DNA of 64,000 nucleotides, taken from contig NC_135254.1 in the NCBI RefSeq assembly GCF_964204865.1, forward strand, positions 11,284,001 to 11,348,000, read 5' to 3'. Below are positions 1 through 13,600 of this stretch, one piece after another (within the stretch, counting starts at the first letter, position 1; the number at the start of each line of letters is the position of its first letter). A program made the translations under genes and the position numbers. A model generated the notes under the pieces. It saw nothing but the letters and a program-made list of their open reading frames with translations. It was not told where the DNA came from and did no database searches. Origin of the DNA: Styela clava. Taxonomy: Eukaryota.

Positions 1-29
1 AACAAACATCTGAATTTGTAACTTCACAG

Positions 30-1842
30 GTGTGGTTTCAGAATGCAAGAGCCAAATATAGAAGGGGTAAAGGTTTGAAAGGTGTTGAGTGCAAGAAATC
101 CGACGAAGGAGAACATTCTAATATAGAAAAAGAAACTGATCAAGCTGGCCAGAGCTCAAAAGACACAAACTCAAACGAGGATCAAATGAATGGGGATGAA
201 ACTGGTGACTGTGACGTCACAAGTAACAGCGAAAACGACGAAGGTATTACAAATTTCAATATGCCCGTGTCTTACTTAGTAGACACAAAGTGTACATACG
301 GATAGTTTTGTTATTATGTTGTTGTTCTTCTTAGTCAATCTTTTCTTCTTTTCCTTCTTGTGAAATCGATTTTCTCATCATCTACGAGACCAATCACTTG
401 AAAATTTGCCTGTAGCCTACTGCTTCGTCTTGGCTTTCGTGTCCATAGATTTGAGCATCATTTTCTTGTTTCTGATACCATTGACTGCAGAGCAGTGATG
501 CGGCCTCCGACAACCTTCCAGCTCTAAAAATTTAATTCGGATCTCTTGTTTAAGCATCAACTAATGATTTAAGGAAACAAATTCTAAAAAAAATTGATTA
601 TCACAAGACACACTGGTTGTGTTTTCTGTCAAATTTTTTTCACCTAAAAATAACATAAACGACGCGACAAATTAGTCTCGTATGAACTTGATAAGCAATA
701 TTGACATTTATATATTTCTTTGACATTAAGATTCCACGAAATATATAAGTCATAAAAGTATAATTTTTTTTTGTCTTTGTCATACAGACCATGTATATAT
801 AGGTATTTGTTTACAATTTAATTGTTTCAATTATACAGCATGGCTAGCAGATAACAATACTTCTGCTGTAGAATCTTTGAACGGAGACATTCCGAACATA
901 TCGTCGGAAGAGTCTTCAGTATCTCAGCGGTAAGTGATGTTTTTATCATTTTCGTCAGACTTCAGTTGACATTTTATCTCAATGAACTATGTCAAGAATT
1001 GTGATGATAAATTTAGATTGAAAGATATTTTGCAAACTAAAATGAAAGTAACGTATTTCCAACTGCTAAATAACAGTATGCATTTTTGATACAATGAAAA
1101 AAAAACTGTGATCATATTCTAAAATATTGAATATGGTGGTATATCTAAATGATTTTTTTCAGAAATATTACCATAAATATGGTTCCATTACATTTGAACC
1201 CACGTACATTTGAACCCATGACAATTGCACCTGTATGAAGTTGCACCTATGGAATTTTTTTTGTTTTTCGGATAGTTGAACCCATACTAACCCTAACCCA
1301 TGGGTTTTAGCACTCGCATATAGATTGAACCCGAGGATATACACATGGGTTCAAATGTACGTGGGTTCAAATGTACGGTCACCCCATAAATATATATGAC
1401 ATTTTTCAATTCAAACTTTCAATAACTTTTTATATTCAAATTTTCAATTTTATCCAACAGATCAGATACAGTAGACTCCAATGTTCACACTGCTTGGTCA
1501 TATAATGGGACCGATTCTAACAACAATTGTACACTGGGTATGACATCTAATCAAGCATCTGTAATACAGTCAGTTGCATCATCTTCAATAAATGGCAACG
1601 CAGTGTACGGGTTCCACGAATTAGCTCCGACGTTACAGCCAACAAAATTGTTGGGTCATTCTGATATACAGTATGGTGATAAACCGTTGCACAACGGGAA
1701 CATAAACGGGCCCAACGCTATGATTTATGCCCCCACGGGGTTGTTCGATGATCGACATGGGAACGGGTTCTTGCCTCACCAGCAACAGTATTATTATACA
1801 ACCCAATTTGTACCACATGAAAATTTTAACTCCGTAGACTAA
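30..1842 (+). CDS. Lhx2/9: LIM-homeobox Lhx2/9 (apterous)-like transcription factor, 3' part (exons 30-243, 839-929, 1461-1842)
   Basis: After an acceptor at 28-29 the exon reads VWFQNARAKYRR, homeodomain helix 3 with the NARAK signature of Lhx2/9. GT-AG boundaries are phase-compatible (1 then 2) and lead into ORF 1540-1842. AATAAA near 2363. The 5' exons lie outside the window. Confidence 0.8.
262..415 (+). repeat. Dispersed repeat fragment (GACACAAAGTGTACATACGGAT family, possibly Helentron/DINE-like)
   Basis: Similar to minus-strand copies at about 25113-25330 and 36290-36470. A related segment at about 20640-20940 is inverted relative to 24420-24600. Confidence 0.55.
1181..1383. mobile_element. 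MITE with 10-bp TSD (Mutator-like)
   Basis: Inverted arms CATTTGAACCCACGTACATTTGAACCCATG (1191-1220) and its complement (about 1344-1373). CCATAAATAT is duplicated at 1171-1180 and 1384-1393. Internal TAACCCTAACCC. Confidence 0.75.
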
Positions 1843-3062
1843 GTGAGTTTATTTCAAAATTGGAACAGTGCATGAAATCCTAGATTACGATTTTTATGTT
1901 TGTCCTTGGATCTAGGCAAGTTCTATCTTATGAACGAACACTTTTATTTTTGCTAAAATCTAGTAGTTGCATGTATACAACATCTATCGATGCTACATTG
2001 TTTTATGTTGACTATTCAAACACATCCAATCCGATTTTTTCATTCGAAAATTAGCAGGATAGTTTTAAACTACAATAATTACATATAAACTGCAAAGCGC
2101 TAAACAATATCTGAATTTGTGAGATGATCGAGTCCCGTATTGATGATATTTGTGAATTTGATTCGCTTTTTCAGGTGTCTCCATGTCAATTTTACGTTCT
2201 ATAAAATGCGAATTATGAGCCATATTTGTAAAGGAAATTTTTGCCAGGCAGATATTATTGCAATGTTTTAAATTTTATTTTTTATGCTGTATATCACTGT
2301 TACGTCCAACGATCATTATAATCATCCATGCTGGATGAAACTTGTTCCACCATCTCTGTTACAATAAAAATCAGTTTATTACTGTCCCAAAAATGTGATG
2401 TATTATAGCAACGTGAGCTGTGTTTTTTTGTAGTTCTTGATTTCGATAAATATCAAGTAATGGCTCCGAAAAGTCCACTCTCATTTTGAAGAATACCAAA
2501 TACTGTAGTAAAAATATCATTTACATATTCACACTCATATTATCCAAAAGCTGTTTTGAAATTTTCAATTCTAATCTAGAGGGTATCGTCTGTTGTCTTA
2601 TACAACACTCGATTCTAAATTTTATCAATTCAAAACAGAACATAAAAATTAATTCAAGTTTTATGTATAATCATGTGATAATTTATTCATAATTGCTATA
2701 TGTAAAACTGTCTTTCACAACAATACCGATACTTTTCGGATTTGTAGTATTTGCTGTCTTCATAGTTATGTTCTTTTAATTTATTCACTACCTATTCTTC
2801 ATAATTGTGTGCATCACCTCTACACAAATATATATTTTATTCCACGCAAGTATCTGCGGTATAGTACCCGGTCAGAGTTGCAGTTAGTTTAAACATGTAC
2901 AAGGATCAGCCATTATAAATAGTAGCTTGAAAGTTTCAAGGCAGGCTTATCTTTAACGACGTACCTGTACTAAGATGCGTAACTCGGTGAGTGAACCGGG
3001 TGTTTTGAGAATTTTATTTACTTTTTGAATGTTAAGCTACGATCTTTTTTGCCCTCCAGTGA

Positions 3063-3436
3063 TGATAGGATAGGATTTACATATTTATCCCGGGGGGAGA
3101 GGAATGCCAATAATACGGCTTAATCATATGGTGAACCCCCGCATCTCGTCCGGTTACCAGTCCATGTTTGGTATGGGATTAGTTAGTTATTTGTTTTCAT
3201 ATGCATGGACTTGATGGCGGAGGATGCCGTACATGACCGGAGGTTAAGTGAACCACCCCTAAGGCGGCGAGGAGTCCAGCAATCCTCTCGCACATAATTT
3301 ACCCCGCATTGGATTGCCACCGCACCTCTGATTATCCCGCATTGGATTCGAGGCTGCGAATTTAAGGAAGGTATAATCAGAGGTGCGGTGGCGAGCGTGT
3401 CCCTAACGTTTACCACGATGCGCCACACCGACGAGC
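3063..3436 (-). mobile_element. tRNA-derived SINE
   Basis: Minus strand has an A-box-like TGGCGCATCGTGG, a B-box-like CTCGAATCC and an (ATCCT)n tail. A second copy lies at 4760-5016. Confidence 0.7.
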
Positions 3437-4759
3437 CGATTAATGATGATTAATTGGATATAGTGGACATAATCCCATATTGACAGTTTTGTAAAACCTC
3501 ACTTTGTTTTATAGATCATATTCCAGTTATACTCTGCGAGCCAAAAGTGAGATAACAGTTAATTGACTGAAAATAACTGTTACCCTATACATTTGTTCGA
3601 CCCGTAAATATTTTCAATAATAAAAATATTAAAAAAGGCACTTAGATTAAATATATTTTAGCAAGACTTGTTTACAAAACCTATTCAAATATGTGTCACA
3701 ACTGTAAAGTCTAAAGTAAATCTGAAAATTTACAAGCTTTGGGCATCCGCAAGGTGGCAGAATGCAGCTGAGCTAATTTTCATAACTAAATAAGAGAGCA
3801 ACGCTCAAATAAATAGACACGAAACCAAAATGAAATATTTTACCCACAGTTTCCCCAAAAATAATATTCTGAACGAAGCCAGTGTCTGAATTGCTCAAGC
3901 TTTCCCAGGTCCTGCAACAATGCTGAATATGCGTCTAGTCACAACGGGAGTAAAAATAGCAACTGTAGTATCAAATATTTTACAGTACGGTCGATCTACC
4001 GTACCATGTGGCTAGCCAAGGTCACCTTCAAAATTTGTCAAACTTCTTGCCTCTTTCGCTTCAAGCAATGCAGCTATAGTGGGGAATTCCTCCGCAACCA
4101 TGTGGTCTGATGGCTCTTCTCTTCAATATATACCGTCGAATATTAATCTAGCTCTAAATATATTAGATGGTTAATTTTCTATATACAGTTTAAAACTAAG
4201 ACTCTGCTCGCAACAAAAACAGTTGTTCTAAAACAACAAGCTTTCACACATGCTCATTGATTTAACCAATGAAAAATTCAAAATATATCATAAGACGACT
4301 TTCATTATTATATAATGTTAAGGGATATGCTTAAATCTGGCATCACAGTCGCATATCAATGCAATATACTAGCAGCTGATATACATACACATGAATCTAG
4401 AATACACTTTTCTCTATGAAAACGCTATTTTTGATTAGTAGCAATCTTGATATAATTATAACAAAAATATGTGGTTAAAGGCATATCGAAAAATATAATA
4501 TAATGATGTCGAATGTCTGTGATATTTTATCATTCAGTGGGGAAACAGAAAGAAATGCAAATACAAAGATGGTTCACCGCCCATGCATTAGGTAAATACA
4601 AACAGACAATATATTTGAAGTCAAGCATCTTAATGCGCCACACTTCTGGAAATATTCAGGAAGGACTTGGTGACTTGACAGGCGGTTAGGAACACGTGTC
4701 AAGTTGTATAATTGGGCGTGCATAAGTAATCATTTTATCAGTGATGTAGAATAGCTTCG

Positions 4760-5016
4760 GGATAAGATTTACATATTTATCACAAGTAAGGGAAAGTCGA
4801 TAAAACGGCTGCATCATATGGAGAAACACGGTCTCTCGTTCGGTACCAGTCCATGTCGGGCATGGGATTAGTTAGCCAGGTATTTGTTGCAGATGCATAG
4901 ACTTGATGGTGGAGGAAGCCGTGACCGACCAGCGTTTGCATGAACCACCATACGGTAGCGAAGAGTCCAGCAACCCCTTTGGCACATAATTACCCCCGCG
5001 GGATTCGAACCTGCGA
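4760..5016 (-). mobile_element. tRNA-derived SINE, 5'-truncated copy
   Basis: Colinear with 3063-3360. B-box GGTTCGAATCC on the minus strand near 5000-5012. Confidence 0.7.
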
Positions 5017-5020
5017 TTTG

Positions 5021-5702
5021 AACCTAACAAATCCTAAAATTTTTATGTTGTATTTTATACTTTATCGATCTGAAAATATCATTAAAATTTATTTTCTCAA
5101 GTCCTGATTTTATAAGCTATATTGCTTTCTGTATTACTGAATTTCTATATTCTGATTGAAATAACCACAAACAATCAAACATAACATAACGTTAATAAAT
5201 CATAATAAACTTGACTGAACAGAAAGTAAATTTTATTGCTAATGAAAATTTAAATAAATTATCAATTCACAGAATAGGAATCTTTTGATAAACGTTCTTG
5301 AACAATATCTGAATGGGTTATGTGAAAAATAATCCTAGTCATAAAAAATTATGAGACATAAAATTGATGTAAATCACGTGAAAAAAATCTGGTTTTAGTT
5401 AATGTTAAAATATTTCACAATAAAAAATTGCGACTGGTATTCCCATTTGCTAACTAGAGATGACACAAATGTTTTTCAAGTAAATTGAATTTTAATTAAG
5501 CAAGCACGTAAACAAAACCACGATCAAAGTTTGAAAACGCAATTTGAAATATGATTTGGCAAATAAAATCCAAGTAAGCGACGAAAATAAGCTTTTCAGG
5601 GACACATTAATGATGTCTTTGGCATTTTTGGTTGGTGAAATATTAAAAAAATTATAGAAGGGTGTCAAAATGACCCAGGAACACCAGGGGTCATTAGGTT
5701 AA
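5021..5702. mobile_element. Possible piggyBac-like non-autonomous element
   Basis: Right end GGGTGTCAAAATGACCC...CATTAGGTTAA finishes in TTAA. A degenerate left end (TGAACCTAA) sits where the SINE is cut off. Confidence 0.3.
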
Positions 5703-7632
5703 ATATATTTTTGTTAATTCCATAATAACATCCCGCATCCTGTTGTGAATACCACAGTAGAACTAAAGATAAATTTTGAACACAACAAAATAATACAGAT
5801 TATGAGAAATTTCTTTTTGCTTTAAAGCAATTCCAATGTCATCTATTTTTCAGTTTACTTTGAACCCGAGTGCACATCAGTTTAACAGAATCAACGCAAT
5901 CAGATTCAAAACTTTTTTCTGCTTGTTTTCGTGTATACAGCTCAAGTCTATTAACCTACAACGTACCGGTCAAGGGCCACGATGTGGTAATCCGAAGAAA
6001 CAGAAGATAAACGACAGATATTTGTAAACAATATTTTAATTACGCTTCAAGTTTGGGCCAGCGGGCGTAATTGCCGGATTTATTTCAATTGTTGCACGAG
6101 AAGGTACGCATTGTCAAGATGCAATAAAAGGTAAATAATAAATCATAGTTTTTTCTCAATTTTTGTGGGGCTATTTTAGATAATATAAAAATATCGTAGA
6201 ACTTGGATCAAAGTGAAAGATGCATCAAATATTTGGCAAAAGCAAAACTCTAAAATTCATGTTACCCTCAATAATTATTCACGATTTGAAAAAAAAAATC
6301 AGATTTTAAACGTGGCTTCAAAGTTTGTTAATGTAGGCAATTTGGCATTGAATGGGCAATAAAATATTCTGAGAAATGTTATTTTTATTGAACCGAAGAA
6401 AAGAGCTTGGCTTTTGAGATTAAATTGTGTAACCTTTGTCCAAGATTGTTATAAATCAATCATCAAAATTTAAATGAAGCATTGTCGTTGTCAGCTAAAG
6501 ATCGTAAAAGTGTTTCAACTCGTAGTATCGTAAACCTGAATTTTTACTGCAGATATGTTCCTATGACACTAACCAAGCACCTTCTCAATCAAATCCATGA
6601 ATCACGGTCACATCCATAGACCATGCTACGCCAAGCGTTGCCCATATGTAAAACGAGTTGTGACATCACGCTACATTTATGGTACAGTAATAAATCTATA
6701 AAGTTAAACAACTATTCCGCTCTCAATTACTCCAAATTTGCAGTGAATTTATGTTTTTATTTTATTTTATTAAATTTCAGGTGGTGACAATGACAAAATA
6801 TGAGAAATGTTTGTGAAAAAGGCACGAAAGAAAATATCACCTCTCAAGACATCATTTCAAAGTTGAAATTTTTTTAAGGACACTCGGGTCGTCAGTATTG
6901 TTATTTTAACGAAGTACAGGCAAAAGTTAATATACTCGCATGCCAATCATAATTAGACGAGGAAAGATATAAAACCACAATAGAGATATTTTCAGTTTAT
7001 CTTAGAATTGTAAATGATAAGAGATTTGATAGAAAGTATTGCGTGTACATATTTTTGTATATATATTTATATGTAATATCTAATCGATGTCATAAACAGA
7101 CGTCTACAATATATTTGTTCTGCTTGACTATCGTCATACAGCGATAATTTACATCAAAGCTTCAAATTAAAGAGAATACGCAATTTTTCAATTTGCTTGA
7201 AATTATCGAGCTAAACTTGTGGTAAATTACCCATAATATAAAGAGATCACTTCGTTTATGGCTCTTTGAAACGATCCGTTTTGATTGTGTGTAGATATAT
7301 AATAGACAGTATCATCATAGCTTCTAATCTCATCGAATGATTCGTCATATTTACACAGAAAAAAGAATAAATTTTATGAATTTTTGCACAGCGTAATAAT
7401 GCATAAGAGCGAGAGTTATTATTATACAGTATTATCGTGTGCAGGCAAGTGAATATCAATATGAGGAACACTTACATATTCATTTTGGTTTGTGAAACAA
7501 GATTTTTTTCCTATTTTAAATAGTACCTATTTATATGTAGTGACTTGCGTTTACGAATTAATGAATAGTAATAAAATATACAATTAATCTACAAGGGATT
7601 TTATTTGCGCTTGCTGTAAAAGAATTGACAAT

Positions 7633-10600
7633 ATGACTGCAGTCTTTGAAACTGCTGGTAAAAAGGAAGGTTTACAAATATGGAGAGTTGAAAACTTTAA
7701 GTTGGTGGAAAACTCCGAAGCAATCCATGGAAATTTTTATGTTGGAGATTCATACCTTCTGCTGAAGACGATCAAAAGTAAGTGATTGAGGATTTATGTA
7801 TGTAATATCAGACTTTGGAAATGGGCGTATTTTGATTGAATAATAACCGATTTCAATGGGTTGTATGATTTTATCATTTAACTCATTGTAAAGTAAAAAA
7901 GATTAGAAATGTGATCATTAAATCGCTAATTTGAAGTTGATCAAACTGTTTTGACATAAATAAAGAAGAGAACATTTAGTTTACAACATATCATTCGTGA
8001 ACAATGTCATCCTGTTGATTGATATTTATAAGAGTAGTTTGTAATTTATATTCCAGGCGTATCCCCGTGAACGTGATTCTGGCTATATTTCAAATGGTCA
8101 ACACAATATAAAAAGAATTATCACTTAGTAACGTTTTTAATGGAGTTCGCTCAATTCATTAAAATCTGAACCTGTCATAAACGCGTCGTGATCCGGGAGT
8201 TAACGACACGTAAAATCACGTATCACTCCAACAAGTAAACATAACCGTAAAATTTGATCTCACAAATCAAGTTTAATACGTGTCGTCCACATATCTATAT
8301 AGTAGTAGAGTTACTTTTTAGGTGACCTTTACTACTCGCTGAAAGAAGCGCAGTTCAACAACACGATCTTTTTCACAACAAAAACAATTTTCACTTTACT
8401 AGGCCACAGGCCATGATGTTTCTCGAAATCAAGAGCTGAAATTAATAGTAATGGAATTGCGCTATTGCAAAATTGTGTTTAATTTAGTAGCCACATTATA
8501 TTGTTAACATTGTGATAACGTTAAAATATGAAACAGAATACGATAGTAATTCCGATGAGGGACAATTTTGGCCACCCAGACATTCTATTAATAATTATAA
8601 TTTTCTCATACATTGTCATACGCTCGCCTAGCAAGCACTGACTAGCAAGCACAGGCGACAAAACACAGTCAATGAGAAACTTTATTACAACTAGTGTACG
8701 AGGCACGAACCCGGCGTGTCAATCCACATTTTCTCCGGAATTGATTGGTTAGACGAGGGGCGTGCAACCTTTTACGCAGGCAAATACTAGTAACTGGGTG
8801 AAGCCGCGGGCCAGACTTAGAAACTCTAACTACGAATGTCTCTAGATACAAAAAATTTGTAGTTTTTTCCGGCATTTCTCTGTACTTTCTCATTACCATG
8901 TGTACCGTGAAGAATTTCTTACTTGCGAAAAGGTTTCCGCAATTGCAACGAAATTAATTTGTTCCAAACCCCATCGTAAGTATAAAATGTTGTAAGTACA
9001 GATGCTCTTTACCTGAAAATGCATTAATCCGTTCCAAGCCCCAACAACGAACGAACCAATGGGATGGCAGATAGTTGATTGGCGTGTGGTAGGGCAGATA
9101 CCACGGACTTTAATTTTTATATTGCATACAACACCAGCCGTTGATTTAGAAAAACGCAAATGTAATTACGCGATCATCGTCATTCACAAACGAGTGAACC
9201 TGATTTCCAAATTCCCATCTGCCAATTAAGACCGAAAATCTTCTTTTATTTTGCGAGTCGCGGCTGATTAAAATTTGATTATAAATTAATACCGTCAACT
9301 TAAACTGAACGATATTGTCATCAACGACGCCGCCATAGATAGTAAATAATATTTAAGAGCTATTTTATACGCTCTAAATTGCAAACAATGAAATAAAAAG
9401 TTCGGTCACTATCGAAATGAAAGAATAACATCCGTGCTTCAAGCACTGAATTAAATAATCCCAAAATAAACATATATCACTACACGCATTTTTTGTTTCC
9501 GATTTTCGTCCTTTCGTATGTAGAAAATCTTATACGTTAGTCAAAGCAATATTTTTACGTTGAGAATTCTCGTAATTTGGCTTTTTGGTATCCAGAACCT
9601 TTCGTAAGTAGAGTTTCTACTAAAGCACAAAAAATTGTTTAATTTTATTATTGATCTTATGGCATTGTTCGGAGTCCTGACAGAAATGTTGAGGTAAAAC
9701 GCAAAAATTTCTAAAGAAAACCTGCTATTTAAATTTATTGTCACACCGACTTTAAACGATTTCAGTAATAAAAAAAACACGTTTTTATAACATTGTATAT
9801 TTTCCAAAAGGAACTTTTTAGCTAGTTTCGCTGATATGACAGTGGCACTCGGGTAGGGGAAAGTGGGGAAGGTTGGGACACTTTTTTTCTATTGCATATT
9901 TTGAGCCGTTAATTCTGCATATTCTCTTAAGTTTGCGGGACTAATGCATAGAGGGGTGAATGTAGTTTTTATTCAGCAACAAAGAAATTCCCTTGCGACA
10001 CACATCTTACTACCAAAATGCTTTGAAAAACGTCTGTCAAGTGTCCCACTGTACCCCACTGAGGTGTCCCACTGTACCCGACATCAGCAACAGGTTCTGC
10101 GGCATTCTGGGACTTCGATTTCATCTCTTCATGAAGTATTACAGAGAATGGGGAAGACACCTCGTTGTAACTCACCGAAGGCCGGATTGGAACATCGAGC
10201 CGCGGACAGGATTGCGGATATAGTATCAGTGTGATAGCTGATTTTCCACTGTGCCCCATGTCCCAACGTGCCCCACCTTCCCCCACTGGTATAGGCTTCG
10301 CAACGCGAGGAGATTGAAATTTCTCGCACGTTCCAGATTAATTAAACTTAAAGCTCGTTTCGCGGACACATCCTTCAAAATTGGAACTTCTCCACGGGTC
10401 GCACAATTTTTCTCCCCTGAGTTAGACGATAGAATACCGCATTCAAAAAGTCTGGTATTTTTATACCAACCGGCTGACTATTTTGAAGCAAAAAAAGAGT
10501 ATTTTGAATAGATTATTTTGCATAAATCTGTTCCGATAACTTATAATAAACTATTGTTTTTGTTGCAGCCAGAAATGGGAAACTGCGATGGGATCTGCAT

Positions 10601-13600
10601 TTCTGGTTAGGATCCGAATCAAGCCAGGATGAACGAGGAGCAGCAGCCATATTAACGTGTCAAATGGACGAATATATGGGAGGAGATCCAGTGCAATATA
10701 GACAACTACAAGGATATGAAAGTTCAGAGTTCATGGCGATGTTTAAGACTGGTGTAAAGTACATGGTTTGTAAAAATTTAGTAACATTTGTTACAGATTT
10801 GATGTTTGAACTATTGTGAAGTGGAGTCGAATATGCATTGACAGTCTAACTATAATACTTCAGTTGATGCTTTTCTTATCTTTATAGATAGTTATGTACG
10901 TTTCACCTCATTCATTTTTATGCTGTCGCATAATATCTGTGATCTTTATTTGATCGCATTGCCATAAAACATATCGAGGCCATGCTTTCTCTACAAAATA
11001 GAGAAATCAGTTTAAAATTTCAGCTTGAAATCAGTTAAGATTTATAGTAAGGAACTAATCGATATTTATAAAGTGAACATACTTCGCCGAAGACCTCGCT
11101 GCCGAAATGATTCTGTACAAACCATCTCACCTTGGTATGAAACAGTGATGTTTGAAGTGGCTGGAACCTTTTCAGATCATACTTTATTTATGTTCACAGA
11201 TAAATCAGATTAACTTGGATTGTTATGCCAATTTATACAGTTTGTAATTCCTTAAGATTTGACATGATGATACTGGCATATTTATGATTTCAGACCGTAT
11301 AAATTGCAGCAGTCAATTCACCTCTGGGTTACAGGAATTTTATATATAAAACTTAAAGCCCATACATATAAAAATTTGAAAAAAAAAAAAAAAATTTTAA
11401 AGTTATTTATAGAGCAGCGCGAGCGAGCTCCAGTACAGTATTTTTAGAGACAATATTCGAACTATCGCAATTACATATCTCGACTAAGTACAAAATAATT
11501 TTGGGATAATATATTTTATACGCATGGAATTAAGATAATTACAGCATGCCGCTCACATGTCATCAATCAAGCTTTATCTCTAGCTGTTTATTTTTTTAAG
11601 ATTTAACGATTAATATAGTTACAATTTTTGTTCTTAGGGTATGTTTCCTACAAAATCTTCCGCGAGACAACAGAAATTGACGCACTAATATATTTTGTAT
11701 TTAATATATATGTGCTTGGATATAGTCAAAATATAATATCACACATTGTCAGTTGATCAGAATGCAGAAGTACTGAAGGAAATTTTAAAAAAAACGTGCA
11801 CAACAATTGAAATTATCCGATTAACTTTTACCAATTGTTTAAAACAAAGCCAGTTGAACGAGAACCTAATCTTGTATTCACAAGTTAATGTAGTTTTGAG
11901 CTGATCAACGTGATGGGCTTAAAATGAAGACTAATCACCTATCTGCAATAACAACCATCTAATTCTAAGTAGACTATACGCTTTGACCATAAGTTAACAT
12001 ATAACACGATTTCGTTATAAAGAAGAGAAATTTAACAACTAATGATTTCATTTGTACATTATTGATAAACAATGAATATTTTACGATTAACATACTTCAC
12101 CTCTTTGGTTCGCTAACACCTCTGTTCTGGAAAGTTTTAAAAACAGTAGCCAGTAAGTAAAATATTAATAGGTTTCAGGAAAGGGATATACTCACTTCAC
12201 CATAAACCGCTACAGGCCTGTCAAACAGTTTAAAACCAATCAGTAATCAGTAGTTTATTTTTTCACCTTATCGATGATACACACTTATTAAATACACATA
12301 CCGAATGTAAAAAAGGCACTTTTGGGTGAAAAAGCTGAGCACATGTTTTGATAAAATCTATACAACTGACTTGAATAACATGGGAACATTGTATTCGTCT
12401 CATTTCAGCAAGGTGGAGTTGAATCTGGATTCAAGCAGGTAAAAACAAACGTCAGTGAATCGAAACGACTTCTTCATGTCAAAGGTAGAAGATCAGTTCG
12501 CGCGACAGAAGTTCCGATGAAATGGTCCAGCTTCAATCACGGAGACAGTTTTATTCTCGATTATGAAAATGTGAGTTATATTACATTACTTGTTTCAAAT
12601 ATCGTATTTTACGGACCACGAGGCGCACCGTATTTAAGACTAAATGAATTGCTTAGATTGTTTTTCATCCATACATAAGGCGCATCGGAATATAAGACGC
12701 GACGAATTTAAAGTGATTTATTTACTGGTTTAGAGTGTGGGCAATAAATCATGATGCACTGCCTGACCCATACATTAGCCGCACCGGCTTATAAGGAACA
12801 GGGTTAATTTCTGAGAGAGAAAAATGATCTAAAATGCGTCTTATGATCTGCAAAATACGGTAAATCAAAAAGTCTGTATGACGCGGACCACGTTGAAGTA
12901 ACTTCAAATATATTTCTGTGTGCTGTTTAAACGGTCTGGAACTGTAAATTTTATGCAATACTGTAACCTTCGGTTGCATATTTCTGTATGGCTATAGAAT
13001 CATTAAAATTAGTGCACGGAGTTATTCCGTTAGTATACAAATGCAGAAAATAGTTAATCTGGTATTTATATTATCATTTTTGCAAAAACTGACATTAAAT
13101 ATTATCCTTCGTAGAATTTGTTAAAAAATGTGGTCTGTCATATCAATCTCTCTTCCTAATAATTTGTAGCAATTCGTGAGACTTAGAATCTCAGAAGTAT
13201 TCTAATGATTTTGCTCCGGACTTAATTATAAGAGTCCTATGGTAGTAATGACATACCACATACCAATGCCATAAGAATAGCATAGGTAATTGTGTGTGTT
13301 CATTGATATAGTGATTTGATAACATTGTATATGTCATTCCTAAGTGATTCAAGAGTCTTGCTGCACACTAACACAAATATATTTCTGTAACGTTTCGTCT
13401 GACCAAGGTCAGACTTCTTCAGACATACATAATTCAACTACAACACGAAAAGCAGTTACATGCATATTTAAACAATCATAGTAGAATTATAGGAGTCACG
13501 CATGTTAAATAATCAATAAAATCTGTGAATTTCTTGATTAAATAACAGCGGGTGGCCGAAATAAGTGTCATTGATGAGATCTCTCTCTTTGTTTTATATT

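Noticed and set aside
3340-3436. tRNA gene
   Set aside because: A and B boxes are present but there is no full cloverleaf; it is the head of a SINE.
8690-9840. GC-richer intronic block with ORFs 8521-9159
   Set aside because: Probably a non-autonomous repeat. I could not define ends or a domain.
9944-10511. Cluster of overlapping ORFs
   Set aside because: They lie in and beside a MITE in gelsolin A intron 1 and show no protein features.
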